64,000 nucleotides of DNA from Diadema antillarum. Taxonomy: Eukaryota. How positions within the stretch are numbered: the first letter of the stretch is position 1; each line of letters starts with the position of its first letter. A program made the position numbers and the translations under genes. This document shows positions 46,882 to 58,649 of the stretch, piece by piece. The notes under the pieces are model-generated. The model saw only the letters and a program-made list of their open reading frames with translations, ran no database searches and was not told the DNA's origin. Location of the stretch: positions 868,001 to 932,000 of the forward strand of contig NW_027270920.1 in the NCBI RefSeq assembly GCF_040938485.1, read 5' to 3'.

Positions 46882-48880
46882 AGGGGAATACTAAAGAAAT
46901 AGAATTATATATGAAGTGAAAGAGTGGGATACATAGAACAATTTGTCGTTTACATCGTTTAAAATGGCCTTTTTGACGTGGAGTTAGAGGATTTTGAAAA
47001 TTTACACCTGTCACCCCCCTGAAATCTAGGTCACAGCGTAAATTTCGAGGCTTTGCCTATGACGTCATGGGATGAAAGGAATCGCGCAAGGTCTCGAGTG
47101 TCGCAGGCCCCCGCGCGCATAATGTATACATTGTATCATACAAGTTGTTGTAGATAGTATTTGCATACAAAGTTTAAAAGTTTGTTTTTCGATAATGCAC
47201 GACATCGTTCGTTAAGGCCATGCAGTGATGATCAGGATGATTTCTTGGTGGAATTTGAATGTGGGAGCGATGATGAACTGAGTGATACAGTACACACTAG
47301 TGATGATAACGATGATGAAACTAGTGATGATGACCCTGGTGAAGTTGGAGAGATAGATGTTGCTGACGAGCCGCACGGCGGGGCGCAGGAGGGAGACGCT
47401 ATGGGCGAGCTAGTGGGGAAGGCCCAGGGCGGTCCGGTTGAAGCGGATGGACTTTAATAGTGGAGATTGGCAGTTCGAGCCCTTGCCACACGGCAGGCCA
47501 GGGGACAATGTTGGTGACGCAGGACCAATGCTAGGTAGACTTCAAAATTTAGATGGGTAAGAGTTTTTTTTAATTCTGAACTGAAAATGAACCGAGCTTA
47601 GTGCTGACTTGATCTTGTACTTCAGAGCAGCAGTAGGCCTAACTGAACACAGCCCAGTCGCTGTAAGTAGCGCAGCGTCTGGTCGGGCTACGTATTATCA
47701 ATCACATCACACTCACTCCTAACTATACACAGCCCAGTCGCTGTACGTAGGTACGTCGCGACAGGTATTCGCACAGCGTACTTACAGCGTCTGGTCGGGC
47801 TAACTCACTCCGTACTCCCGTTCACAGCTCATCAGCATTCTATCTAGCAAGAGCTAGGTACTGCACGATCCATTCATTACTTCACCGAGTCCATCAAAGT
47901 TTTATCACTATCGATGAAAATCGCAGTGCTCTGTATCGTTTATTTTATCACCAGATAGGCCAGCCGGCCTAGTCAAGACTTCGACTTAGCCGATGCCCGC
48001 GCATTGATTGCGTGGTATCTAGCATTAGCGATCCACGTATGCCGAATGTTTCGCGAGTTTTTTTTTATTATTTTCGCCAATTTCGCGAACCTGGTGCTTT
48101 TTGCGAATTTAAAAACACGAGAAAATATTAACTCTCTTTCCGTATATATTTCCCCCTTCCGTGGTGTACTCCACAACCACGAATTTAAGCACTCGCGAAA
48201 TTATTGGCAAGTCCCAATTCGCGAAAAAATAGACTCGCTAAATACATGTGTATGGCGTACACAGCTGTAGTACTACCGAGGAACTGCCGATATAATACAT
48301 TGTACGTACCAAAGAGGTACGAAGCTCAGGCTTCTCGCCCGCTCTTTGATACACGAAGGCTACTGCACTGCGACATACGCGGCCGGTGATGGGCGCATGC
48401 ATGTGACTGATTGACTACGAAGCACCATCGTACAGGCACTAGGCCTGACAGCTTCTGTATTCGTGGCCTAAATAACACGTAACAGACTCTATTTAAACGA
48501 GGAAATGTGTGATTTCACAGGAGACTTGAAGTAGAAAACAATTTTATTTCATTTTTTGTGACATTCTGATAAAAAATGTCTTGGGATTTCGGGGTATGAG
48601 CCTCGACATCACGCTCTCATCGAGAGCATACATAGGTAAGCTTAGGCTGTTGTGTGATACTTCCGGGTTTGCCTTTCATCCCATGACGTCATGGACACGC
48701 CCCCAAAATAACCACGGATCTTCCGATTGAGCATGATTCAGGATACAATTTTTCTAAGCAGCCGTTCTCCAAAACGCAATTTTCTAAATGGATGAATTAA
48801 AGGCTGGTGTGTTTAACATGCTCTATGCTTGAAATGGGGGAATAATCCAACAAAATATGCATTTCCTTTAGTATTCTGCT
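46882..48880. mobile_element. Non-autonomous Kolobok-type DNA transposon, 1999 bp, TTAA-flanked
   Basis: TTAA AGGGGAATACTAAAG...CTTTAGTATTCTGCT TTAA. Perfect 20-bp subterminal inverted repeat TGACGTCATGGGATGAAAGG (47060-47079 / 48672-48691). Acidic ORF 47161-47457 followed by a WQFEP...RLQNLD segment. Absent from the paralogous spacer near 32073. Confidence 0.8.
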
Positions 48881-48884
48881 TTAA

Positions 48885-49650
48885 CCCTAAAAAGACTGGG
48901 CTATTTTGGTAGCTCGAAAGACTGGGGGGGGGGCCTAAAGGGCCCCCCCTTAAGATCTCGGCCGTGGATCGCGCGATTGCCGCGGAAATTTGCACAATGG
49001 TAGTGTGCGATGTAATCTACAAGATCGTATATTTAAATTTTCCAAAATGGTCTTCTTTTATTTTATTTTGATTAATTAAGCTAATTTATGCGAGAAATCA
49101 GACTTTTTGATCTAAATCAATAAATAAAGCTCCAAAAGTGCTCATTTTTGGTCTAAATATTCTTTGTGGCATTCTTAGCAAATGTACTTGAAAAAAGATT
49201 CGGTATCAAAATTGATTTCTTATTTATTTTATTGTTTTATGAATTTCTTATGTATTTCTTTGTTTTTTCGACCTTTTGTTTTTGTTGTTTTTTCCAGCAA
49301 AATTTGTGGCAGACCCTTTTTGAAGCATAATTCTACTAAAACAAATTAATTTTAGCCATTGAGAGTAAAAATAAACATATTTATATAAACAATGTGAAAA
49401 AACTCAATTTGTATTGACTTTGTACACAAAATCACATTTTTGAGCCATTTTTGGTCTCGCGAGCATGTACAAAAAGTTATGTAACTTCAGAACCGTACCC
49501 CCGGGCATCACAAATTTGGTGTCAAAATGTGCGGGAAACTCGAAAGAAAAAAGTCATAGAGCATCGCGGTGAGAGCATTGGGTGTTGCAGAGTAATCGCG
49601 CGAAATGTCGAGGGGGGGGGCCTTTTAGGCCCCCCCCAGTCTTTTTAGGG
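48885..49650. mobile_element. piggyBac-type MITE, 766 bp, TTAA-flanked
   Basis: Perfect 16-bp TIR CCCTAAAAAGACTGGG at both ends, with TTAA at 48881-48884 and 49651-49654. Absent from the paralogous spacer. Confidence 0.9.
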
Positions 49651-50764
49651 TTAAGTTTTCACATTTTTCATTTCGGTTACATAATTAGCTTTATACGCAC
49701 AAAGGAAGGGCCCTTACATTAATCATTAGAAGAAAGAAATGAAACAAACCCTGATTAAATTACACTGTGATTTCAATGAGGCTTCCTGTATGACCTTCAC
49801 TACCATCACTGGCCAGTGTAACATTGGTGTGGGGCAGATGAACGTATTCATTTTTTTCAAACAGAACAGTAATCAAGAGTTGATCAGGAGATAAAGAGAC
49901 AAGAAGCATTACTGAGGTTCTTATGTCGCATCAAGAGGTTAGGAAGTGACAATTGTATGTGGGGTAGGAAAGGTAGCACAATATCTACTTTGACACTGCA
50001 AAACCTATAGATGAGCATTATTACACAAAAATCTAAAGCAAAGTGAGCAAGCAAGTAAAGGCACCCTTTTGGCAAATGTGACATGGATTCTAAGGAATAT
50101 TTTCCTTAACATAAAGTATAAGTCTGATAGTTGACAATAGAATATGATGTACATACACAATCTACTTGGCCAAGCAAAATACTTCGTAAAAGTTTGGCTT
50201 ATTCTGAGAAAAGTAATGAATGAACTGGCCCAGACTAGAAACCATAATGGTGAGATATGAGGAGTAGGAGAGCAGGAATTATGTGTCCTGTTTTTCTTCC
50301 ATTCTTTGTTTTGAGCTACAGAGTGATTCACATACACTGTAATCTCCTCTCTCACAGTTTCCTTTGGCAGTCGAAATAGAAAGGAGAGAAATGGGTACGG
50401 AAGTCTTGTGTTATTCTTATTTCCTGCTTTTTTGCTTACATTGCAGTCATTTAGTATCAAAGTTCATGCACAAATCTGGCATGATATTAATGTTTTGGCG
50501 AAATTTGAATTAAAAAAAAAAAATCTACACATGAAATATCATATGACTCTCCAGAGAAAGCTTCCTTATAGGGACACTGTCTTAGTGACTTTTAAAAGAA
50601 TACATGGTTTTTAACCAACTGTGTATTTGTGCATTGCATTCCAATTTTCTTAAATCCAAAGTATCTGCTTCATACTTTATTTTTTGTAATGACCTCAAGG
50701 AGTTTACTGTCTGTATTCATCTTATATTGCTCATAATGAGTCCCTAATTCCTCTAGAACCATTG

Positions 50765-51586
50765 AAGAAAACAAGTTCACAAAATGAAGGTCTACTATCT
50801 CCTGAATATTACTAGAACAGTAGTGAAGTTTGAGGAAAATCGTACAATCCATTCAAAAGATACATCCTGGTATCCTTAAAGTGTCTATGCACTCACTGCT
50901 GTATGAGAAGACTACTCCTGTTTGTGATGTCACATGTATAGAAGGATGTATGTTCGTCACTCAGACAATTTACTTGGATATCTCCCTCAAGGGCCATTGC
51001 GGACATGGTTCGTTTGGGGCATACGTATGGAGAGGCAGTTGCATGCGTATGCCCGTTTCCATATGTATGCCCCAAACGAGTTGTGTCCGCAGCGGCCTTC
51101 CATATACGTTGCCTCTCCCTCGCTTCTTCTACCACCCCGACTTTGCCACTGTCACTATCAGTGTCATTGTCACTGTCATCACTCAATTCACTCTTGACGT
51201 CAAACTCAAAGTCTTTCCGTGCAATATCAGGTAAAAATCAGATGTTTTCATGTCTCAGCCGAGAAAGCAGATGCGACTAAAGACGGGCCAGATATTGCAT
51301 CCGCTCACCATGAAATAAGTGCTCTATGAATGGCAGCCTCGATGTCCCACTGCACTCGTAAAGGGTTTTGTTCATTTCGTGATGTCATATTTTAGGGCTC
51401 GAAAAAGACGGCTGTTCCGGAGCAAAAAACGGTGAAGTAAATCAGTCAGTTTTAACTCGCGATTTCTCAGTGGCTCAAATATCTTTTGATAAGTCACATT
51501 AAAAATCTGTTTCAGGAGACATTTCCTCTGCTTTGACACCTTCTTTTATATGATTTTCTTGATTTTAATGTCTCATTCACCATACT
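50765..51586. mobile_element. Composite Kolobok-like relic at the junction between repeat units 2 and 3
   Basis: Near-identical copy of 33185-34005, ending at TTAA 51587-51590. Confidence 0.6.
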
Positions 51587-51718
51587 TTAAGTACGAGGAC
51601 AGGGAAGAAGAAGAAAATAGGATTATGAAAAACACACTTCTGCATATATAAGCAAATGGCAGAGCTTTCAACTTTCTTTGTTAAGCACGGGATAGCACAT
51701 ACACAAATCAATTACCAA

Positions 51719-51976
51719 AGGGGGGGGGGGGCGCACGCTGTGGCATAGTGGATAAGACTCTCTACTCCCAATCGGAGGACCAAAGTTTGATTCCCGCCAG
51801 TGCTTATGCCCTTGGACAAAATGTTTTACCCACAATGTCCCTCTTGACCCAGGTGCATAAATGGGTACCTGGCAACGCTAGGGTAATAATAATGGCAGGG
51901 CCCTCTGGTAGAGCAGTGGCAGCACTGAAGAGGCTACCCTGGATAAATAAGACCTTGTTATTACTATTATCATTAT
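51719..51976 (+). mobile_element. tRNA-derived SINE (co-duplicated copy)
   Basis: Nearly identical to 34137-34396 at the paralogous position. Confidence 0.7.
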
Positions 51977-52617
51977 AACTACAGAGGGAATTACAATGAC
52001 CTAGATGGATGTCAACCAAGTCAAAATTATAGTAGTCTGGTTGATATACAAATGATGCACAGGTCTGAATGCATCAAAAGGAATTGTGTGCATGCCCGTA
52101 GGGTGACTATGGAATCGTTAATCACCCACAAGACTAAGCCGAGTGGGTATAGACTAGATTCCATGGTTACCGCAGGCACACTATCAACTCCCCCCTCAAA
52201 AAAAAAAAAGAGAGAAGAAAGAAAAGAAAGTGGATATACTAATGTTTGTACTGTAGTATCAAGCACACATGTCTCTAAATCTTGCCAAGCACTGAATATT
52301 TCTGCTAGAGGTTTCACCTACATGTACATTTTTCTCATGACCCTGAACCTATTCAACTTAAAAGAGAAAAAAAATAACCTCTTCTTTCTTTCATTCAAGA
52401 TATTCAAATTCCTTGATGTTTCTGTCTGTGTTAGCTATCGTCCAAATTAGGATTCATATGACAGACTGTGAGGTGAACTGATTGTTTGATTCCCTAACCA
52501 CAAATGGTCACGAAAAGAAATATGCTGGGGTAATTTTGAAAGTGAAACATGGTGCTGAAAGTGGGAAAAGGAAAAAGAAAAAAAATATGATGCCAGGGAA
52601 GCTATCAAGGCCACTGT

Positions 52618-52648
<31 letters not shown>

Positions 52649-53142
52649 GTGCTTCTCATTCCCACCTGGAAATATTTTCTTTTTTTTTTAAGTTAAACTT
52701 GTTACTCAGGAAGGAAAGGGAAGAGTCTCACAAAATAAAGGCAGTCTGCTTCAAAGTAGGGACGCTGAGAGTAAGAATGGCTGTAATGTTACTGGACAGT
52801 CTGCAGTTAAGTCTCGTTGCCTCAAATAAATGTCTATAGACTTTGATCGGACAAACATCTTGTGCCCTTAGTATCATCCAGTGTGATTTTACAGAACATC
52901 ACTGCTTTTAATAGCTGCCAAACATTAATTTTGTTTTGGGATCCTGCTGAAGTAGTCTGCTTCAATGGAAAAGTCACACGACAGCTGGAAGACACACGTC
53001 ATGCCTTTCAGCTCACAGTGATTCTCAGAAATTAATGCTTACTGGAAACTCGTAACAACACCACAGACAATTTATTGTCACCAACTCTGACAGTGAAAGA
53101 CACCTACAGGAACTTCACCCTTTGTTTTGGAAGCTTGTGGCC

Positions 53143-55932
53143 ATGGCAAACAAGCTGGATAATGCTGGTTCAACCGTTACAGCAATTGTGTGCTTACTGT
53201 TGTGTGTTCAGGCCACCACGCCTGCATCCTTTGACAATTTCCACACAAGTCAGCAGCAATGCAGATTCAAAGAAACCAGTGTGGGTGTCAAGGTATCCTG
53301 TACACATCTCCATCTGACGGACGTCCCTCGGAATTTGCCAAACAACACCATCACACTTGATTTATCACACAACAACATCACATTGCAGCAGAACGATTCT
53401 TTTAAAGGCCTGGCAATGCTAGAAACTCTCAATCTGGAATGTAATGATATAGCAACTGTTAGACAAGAAATCTTTTGGCCTCTGGGAAATTTAAGGACAC
53501 TTATCTTGCGTGAGAATGCTATTGAGTATCTAGAGCCAGCAACATTTCTCTACAATCCTCTTCTAACAAATGTGCCATTGCCTTTTAACTGTCTCACAGA
53601 AATTCCCACTGGTGCTTTATCAACCCTGTCTTCATTACCAGTGGTAAATTTAGCAAGTAATTCTGTGAGATCTCTAAGCTTTAATGGATTTGAAAAATGG
53701 AAACACATACCCAAAAATTCCTTGAATGTAAACAAAATAACTGAAATAAATCCAACTGATTTTCTTCCTCTGCAAAACAGCACAGTAGGAATTCTTGATT
53801 TGAGGGCAAACCAAATAGAGAGCTTACCTAACCAAGCATTCTTCTACTTGAAGAATGTCAACGCAATCAATCTTGGAGGGAATAGCATCTTCTCTTTCGG
53901 CGTCTGGCCTTTCTTGGGCATGAAAGAAATAAGTACCCTCTATGTTGACGGCTCATTGATTCATGAGCTCCCCCCAATGAATACTTCTGCAAATCTCTCA
54001 TTGCAATACCCAAACATTCCTAACCTTTCCCTACGGTATAATTTCTTACAATCTATCCCAAGTGGTGCTTTGTGGGGCTTTGACAAACTGAAGAAGCTTA
54101 ATCTCTTTGCAAACAAGATTTCTGATATCAAAAATGACTCTTTCTGTTGCCTGCAATCCCTAACAGACCTTGATCTTTCCCAAAACAAATTGTCCTTCAT
54201 TCCACATGGAGCATTCTCTTGCTTGTCTAACCTTCAGCAACTTAATGTGACAGGAAATGTACTGAAGGTGGTTTCTCCTCAGTCTTTTGATGGCATGCAA
54301 TCAATAAGGACTATACTGCTTGCAAAAAATTTCATTGATGAAGTTCTAGAAGCAGCATGGACCATCCCCACCCTCCAAACACTTGATCTCTCATACAACC
54401 TCCTGGACACTGTCAAGAAAAGAAGATTGGTTGGTCTGTCAAACCTTCAAACATTGAACATCTCATTTAATCTTCTCACCATATTCACTCTGCAGTCCGT
54501 TTATGGACTATCAAACCTGCAGAAGCTGTATGCCACAAACGAAAAAAGTTCATATTTGAATGGCATGTTTAAGGCTTTGCCGAAGCTGCAATTCTTGGAT
54601 GTGTCAAACAGTAAGATCTCCTGGAAGTCCATTGATCAATTCAGCAACAACGCTGACCTTGAGGAGCTGCGAATGGAACAGGGACAGCTATATGGTACAG
54701 GTTTGTTTGATAACAGTCAAAACATCTCTCTTTTTATAGGTCTGGATTCCCTGGGTAAGCTCCGTTTGAAGGGGAATTTTTTCCATCAATTAGATCTTCG
54801 TACATTCTCAAACCTTTCCAAACTTTACTACCTGGATATGAGTGAGTCACGTATCACTGTTCTGGTCCCTCAAATATTTAAAGATTTGCAATCTCTCAAG
54901 TTCCTGTATCTGAATGACAACATGCTACTAGCACTGAATGGGAATGTGTTTAAGGGACTTGGAAGCTTAACAGTACTTCTAATCCAGAACAATTCACTCA
55001 GCAAAATTGAAAAGCAGACCTTTGCACCTACTCCAGAGCTACGAGCACTGTATTTGCCTGGGAATCATATCAACACCATACTTCCTGGAACCTTCTTTCC
55101 GACCACAGATCATTCTCTGTCTATTGACATCTCCAGGAATCCCATCTCCTGCACCTGTGAGCTACAGTGGTTCAGGAATTGGCTTCACACAGCCAACATC
55201 AGAATTGAACATCCTGATCGGACACTGTGCTCTAGTGCCTCATTGCAGGCACTCAAAAACAAGCCTCTACTGTCCTTTGATCCAGGTGACTACTGTGGTG
55301 TGGACATCGGTCTCATCAGTGGATTATCCCTGACAGGAGCAGCTGTATTTCTTCTCACTGTCCTCGCTTACATCAATCGCTGGTGGCTGAACTACAAATT
55401 CTTTCTGCTGAAGCTAGCCTTGTTTGGCTACAAGGAGGTTGAGGAAGATGTGGCTGAGGAGGACTACCGCTACCAGCTCAACGTCATGTTCCACGACGAT
55501 GATGAGGGGTTTGTGAATGACATCCTCAGACCAGAATTGATGCAGAGGATGCCCCATCTGCAGCACATCATCTATGGGGACGATGACCTCAACGTAGGGA
55601 TGTTCTATGTCGACGCCCTCTATCATGCTATTGAGAGCAGTTACAAGTCGGTCCTGTTGATAAGCAATCAGTCTGTGGGTGATGCCTGGTTTATGACCAA
55701 GCTCCGTATGACACTGGAGCACTTGAATGAGACCAGACTGGACAAAATCATACTTGTGTTTCTGGAGGACATTGAGGACGACAACCTGCCCTATCTTGTC
55801 AGGCTCTTTCTGAGTAGGAACCGACCCTACATGTTGTGGACTGAGGATGAAGATGGGCAGGAACTGTTCTGGGCCACTTTAGAGAAGAACATGAGGTCTA
55901 ATAGGGTTCTCAACAATATCATTCCTGTTTGA
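53143..55932 (+). CDS. Toll-like receptor copy 5 (class A N-terminus, chimeric), intact, 929 aa
   Basis: Uninterrupted ORF from GCCATGG at 53143. N-terminus as copy 3, divergent central LRRs, class B-type LRRCT, then TM and TIR. Confidence 0.96.
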   Translation: MANKLDNAGSTVTAIVCLLLCVQATTPASFDNFHTSQQQCRFKETSVGVKVSCTHLHLTDVPRNLPNNTITLDLSHNNITLQQNDSFKGLAMLETLNLECNDIATVRQEIFWPLGNLRTLILRENAIEYLEPATFLYNPLLTNVPLPFNCLTEIPTGALSTLSSLPVVNLASNSVRSLSFNGFEKWKHIPKNSLNVNKITEINPTDFLPLQNSTVGILDLRANQIESLPNQAFFYLKNVNAINLGGNSIFSFGVWPFLGMKEISTLYVDGSLIHELPPMNTSANLSLQYPNIPNLSLRYNFLQSIPSGALWGFDKLKKLNLFANKISDIKNDSFCCLQSLTDLDLSQNKLSFIPHGAFSCLSNLQQLNVTGNVLKVVSPQSFDGMQSIRTILLAKNFIDEVLEAAWTIPTLQTLDLSYNLLDTVKKRRLVGLSNLQTLNISFNLLTIFTLQSVYGLSNLQKLYATNEKSSYLNGMFKALPKLQFLDVSNSKISWKSIDQFSNNADLEELRMEQGQLYGTGLFDNSQNISLFIGLDSLGKLRLKGNFFHQLDLRTFSNLSKLYYLDMSESRITVLVPQIFKDLQSLKFLYLNDNMLLALNGNVFKGLGSLTVLLIQNNSLSKIEKQTFAPTPELRALYLPGNHINTILPGTFFPTTDHSLSIDISRNPISCTCELQWFRNWLHTANIRIEHPDRTLCSSASLQALKNKPLLSFDPGDYCGVDIGLISGLSLTGAAVFLLTVLAYINRWWLNYKFFLLKLALFGYKEVEEDVAEEDYRYQLNVMFHDDDEGFVNDILRPELMQRMPHLQHIIYGDDDLNVGMFYVDALYHAIESSYKSVLLISNQSVGDAWFMTKLRMTLEHLNETRLDKIILVFLEDIEDDNLPYLVRLFLSRNRPYMLWTEDEDGQELFWATLEKNMRSNRVLNNIIPV

Positions 55933-56648
55933 GATTGAATGATGCAGAAAACAGTATATAATGGCCCAAAGCTGAAGTGTTTCTGGAATTACACCCTTTT
56001 TTTCAGCCCTCAAATCCAGCTTGCCAATATTTGGTACGTTTGTTCCTTAAAGCTATGGCTATACATGTAAACTCTGAACAGCATGTCAAAAGAATGAAGG
56101 TACACACACATGCTACTTTCTTACTGTTTCAAAACACACCATCAAATTGGTCATAAAGCAACCTATAAAAATTTACTCTCCGCTCTGAGATCATTTGAGA
56201 ATGATAAGAACATGTCCTTGTACATTACAATGACAAATTTGTTCTGATGTGTGTCTACTCTGATACTCTTCAACAGAAATTTAAAATCTATTTGAGTAGA
56301 AATCAATAATTGTTAAGAACATGTGGCTGTTATAGCAGAATTAACTATTTAAAGGCACTGTACATTACATACGTGTGACATCTGACAAATTTGTTCTGTA
56401 CATGTCTACTCTGTAAGATTTTACTCTTCAGTAGAAATTGCTCCTTTAATAAATTCTAGTTCTGTATGCTGAAAATTTCTTTTCTACTTAGAAATCAATG
56501 CATTGGTTCTATACTGTTAGAAAAAGAACTGTTTTCATATGACTGTTATAGCTACACAGTTTGTTTCAATGGCACTACAGAAACTTCACAATTGAAAGTC
56601 GACGCTCTATGTTCCTACATAGAATGTCAAGACATTGTCAAGATAGAC

Positions 56649-58649
56649 AAACCATGGGTGTCGAGAACACCGAGAGACCTACTATACAAAAAGAGTTGTC
56701 AACTCAACAAAGGTAATTTAGATGAGGTAGCACATGATCAAAGACAAATCAAAGAGAAAGTTCAGTTATGTAGAGATGTTTTAAAGGGATGATTGAGAAA
56801 AGAATTTGCAGATGATTTGAAGGCTGGCTGGCAAAATGTGCAAATTTGGCAGACTACAAATAAATATAGTTTCTGAACATGATGTCAGGTTGATCTGCCA
56901 AAAGGTTAAAGCTCAAAAGGCTCCCAGTAACAAGAGGGTAAGTTCTCAAGTTCTGCAGAGATCAGGTGACAAATGTGTTTACACATTTACTGCAGAAGTG
57001 TCTTGACACCGGGCTACTTCCCAAATCATACAAAGGGTGCATTTGTTATTCCTGTACTAAAGGCGAAATATATGAATTACATGATTCTAGACCAATGATT
57101 TTAGACCAATTGCACTTATGCAAGTTCTGTAATGAAGTGTTTTGAGAAGATTTTGCTGAATTTCTGGTTGTAAGAAACAGAGACCCATTTTAAATAGACA
57201 CACAAATGAATGCAGTTTGCTTTACAGGGGTAGGGGGTCTGTGGAAGAAGCCATTTTTTGTACTTAATAGAAATGCCTTCTTGCATGAAGACTTACCTGG
57301 GACATAGATAAGATCAACTTTTGAAATTTTTCTAATGTCTTTAATACAACAGTTATACATTTGTTAACTCAGTAAACATGGGTGTCAATCTTTGCATCAC
57401 ATTGTTAATTCATAACGTCATGCAGCAACCAAACCACAGAGAGTCAAGGTTGGTCAAACAACCTCTAATGCTTGAACTGTTAGAATTGGTGTGTCACAGA
57501 AAAGTGTTTTGTCATCTGTTTTATTTCATTCACATATCAGTGAATTTACTGCCAAAAGAGACAAGTGTCTGACCATAAAATATGCTGATGATTAATACAG
57601 TAGTCTCAGGGTATCTGAATTCAAGCAATGTGGACAGAACTTTACGTCTAAAAATAGATTGATTTGGTCAAAGGTGTGTCCTTGTTGAACAGGCCTTCAA
57701 GTATAAGTAGGCCTACCTGAGCACAAAACTTGCCAATAATTTAGACAGGACTTCCAATGCACTGCTGATTCAGAATAATGCCAATCCAAGACAACTTTCC
57801 ATAAGGCAATTGAGTAAATCGAGGCTTGACAAAACACTGGCAGTTCTGTACAACAAGTTCATAATTTAATCTATCTATACCGTATACAATTTAATATGGT
57901 TTTATGTTAATCTTACACAAAAAGACAGGGTGAGAATTAATGGGCCACAAAAGTGTGGTGCCTGCAAAAAATTTTGGCAAAAAAATGAAAGAAAACAAAA
58001 GATAAAAAAAACATGAAATACATAAGACATTCACAAAACAAAGAACAAAAGAAATTGAATTTGATTGTGCCATTTTTTTGTACGACAATTGTTTGACGTG
58101 TCTTGAGGGATTGTGACACAAAAATTTAGCAATCCTTCAGTCTTTCTAACGGAGTTACAGGCGAAAACATGATTTCCAGCATAAATTTGCATAATTAATT
58201 TACTAAACATAGAAAATCAATATTTTTCTATTGTATGAAGTTGACATCTGGCTTTATGTTCGGGCAAAATTTTGCAGCAATCGCGCCATCGGCGGCCGAG
58301 ATCTGAAGTGGGGTCTCAAATAGCCCACTAGCAGTTAGAACAGGGTCAATCGGCCACAAAAGTGTGCGCAAAAGATAGTTGGTTTGGAATTGCCTATGGT
58401 CTAGGCTTAATATGTTGAGAGAATGATGGTCAAAATAAATGAAATAATGACTGATTCCACACACCCTCTGTGCCATTATTATTAGTTTGAACATGTCAGG
58501 ATTCTGTCTCTGTCTTCCTTGCATGCTCATTTTAGACTAGATCTTTTGTCCCGGATTCAATCCATACATATAATGACAGAGTAATTAGGTATGGTTTATG
58601 TGCATTTTTCATTGCATTTATATTGTATTTCCATTATGTCTTCCGGCAG
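56649..58649 (+). mobile_element. Decayed LINE RT relic (co-duplicated copy)
   Basis: Paralog of 24052-26070. ORF 56466-56792 ends in the KPWVSRTPRDLLYKK...DQRQIKEKVQLC linker-like segment. Confidence 0.7.

Noticed and set aside
56466-56792. 108-aa ORF downstream of copy 5 as a novel small gene
   Set aside because: Its 3' half is the LINE relic linker, and the paralogous positions are not open.
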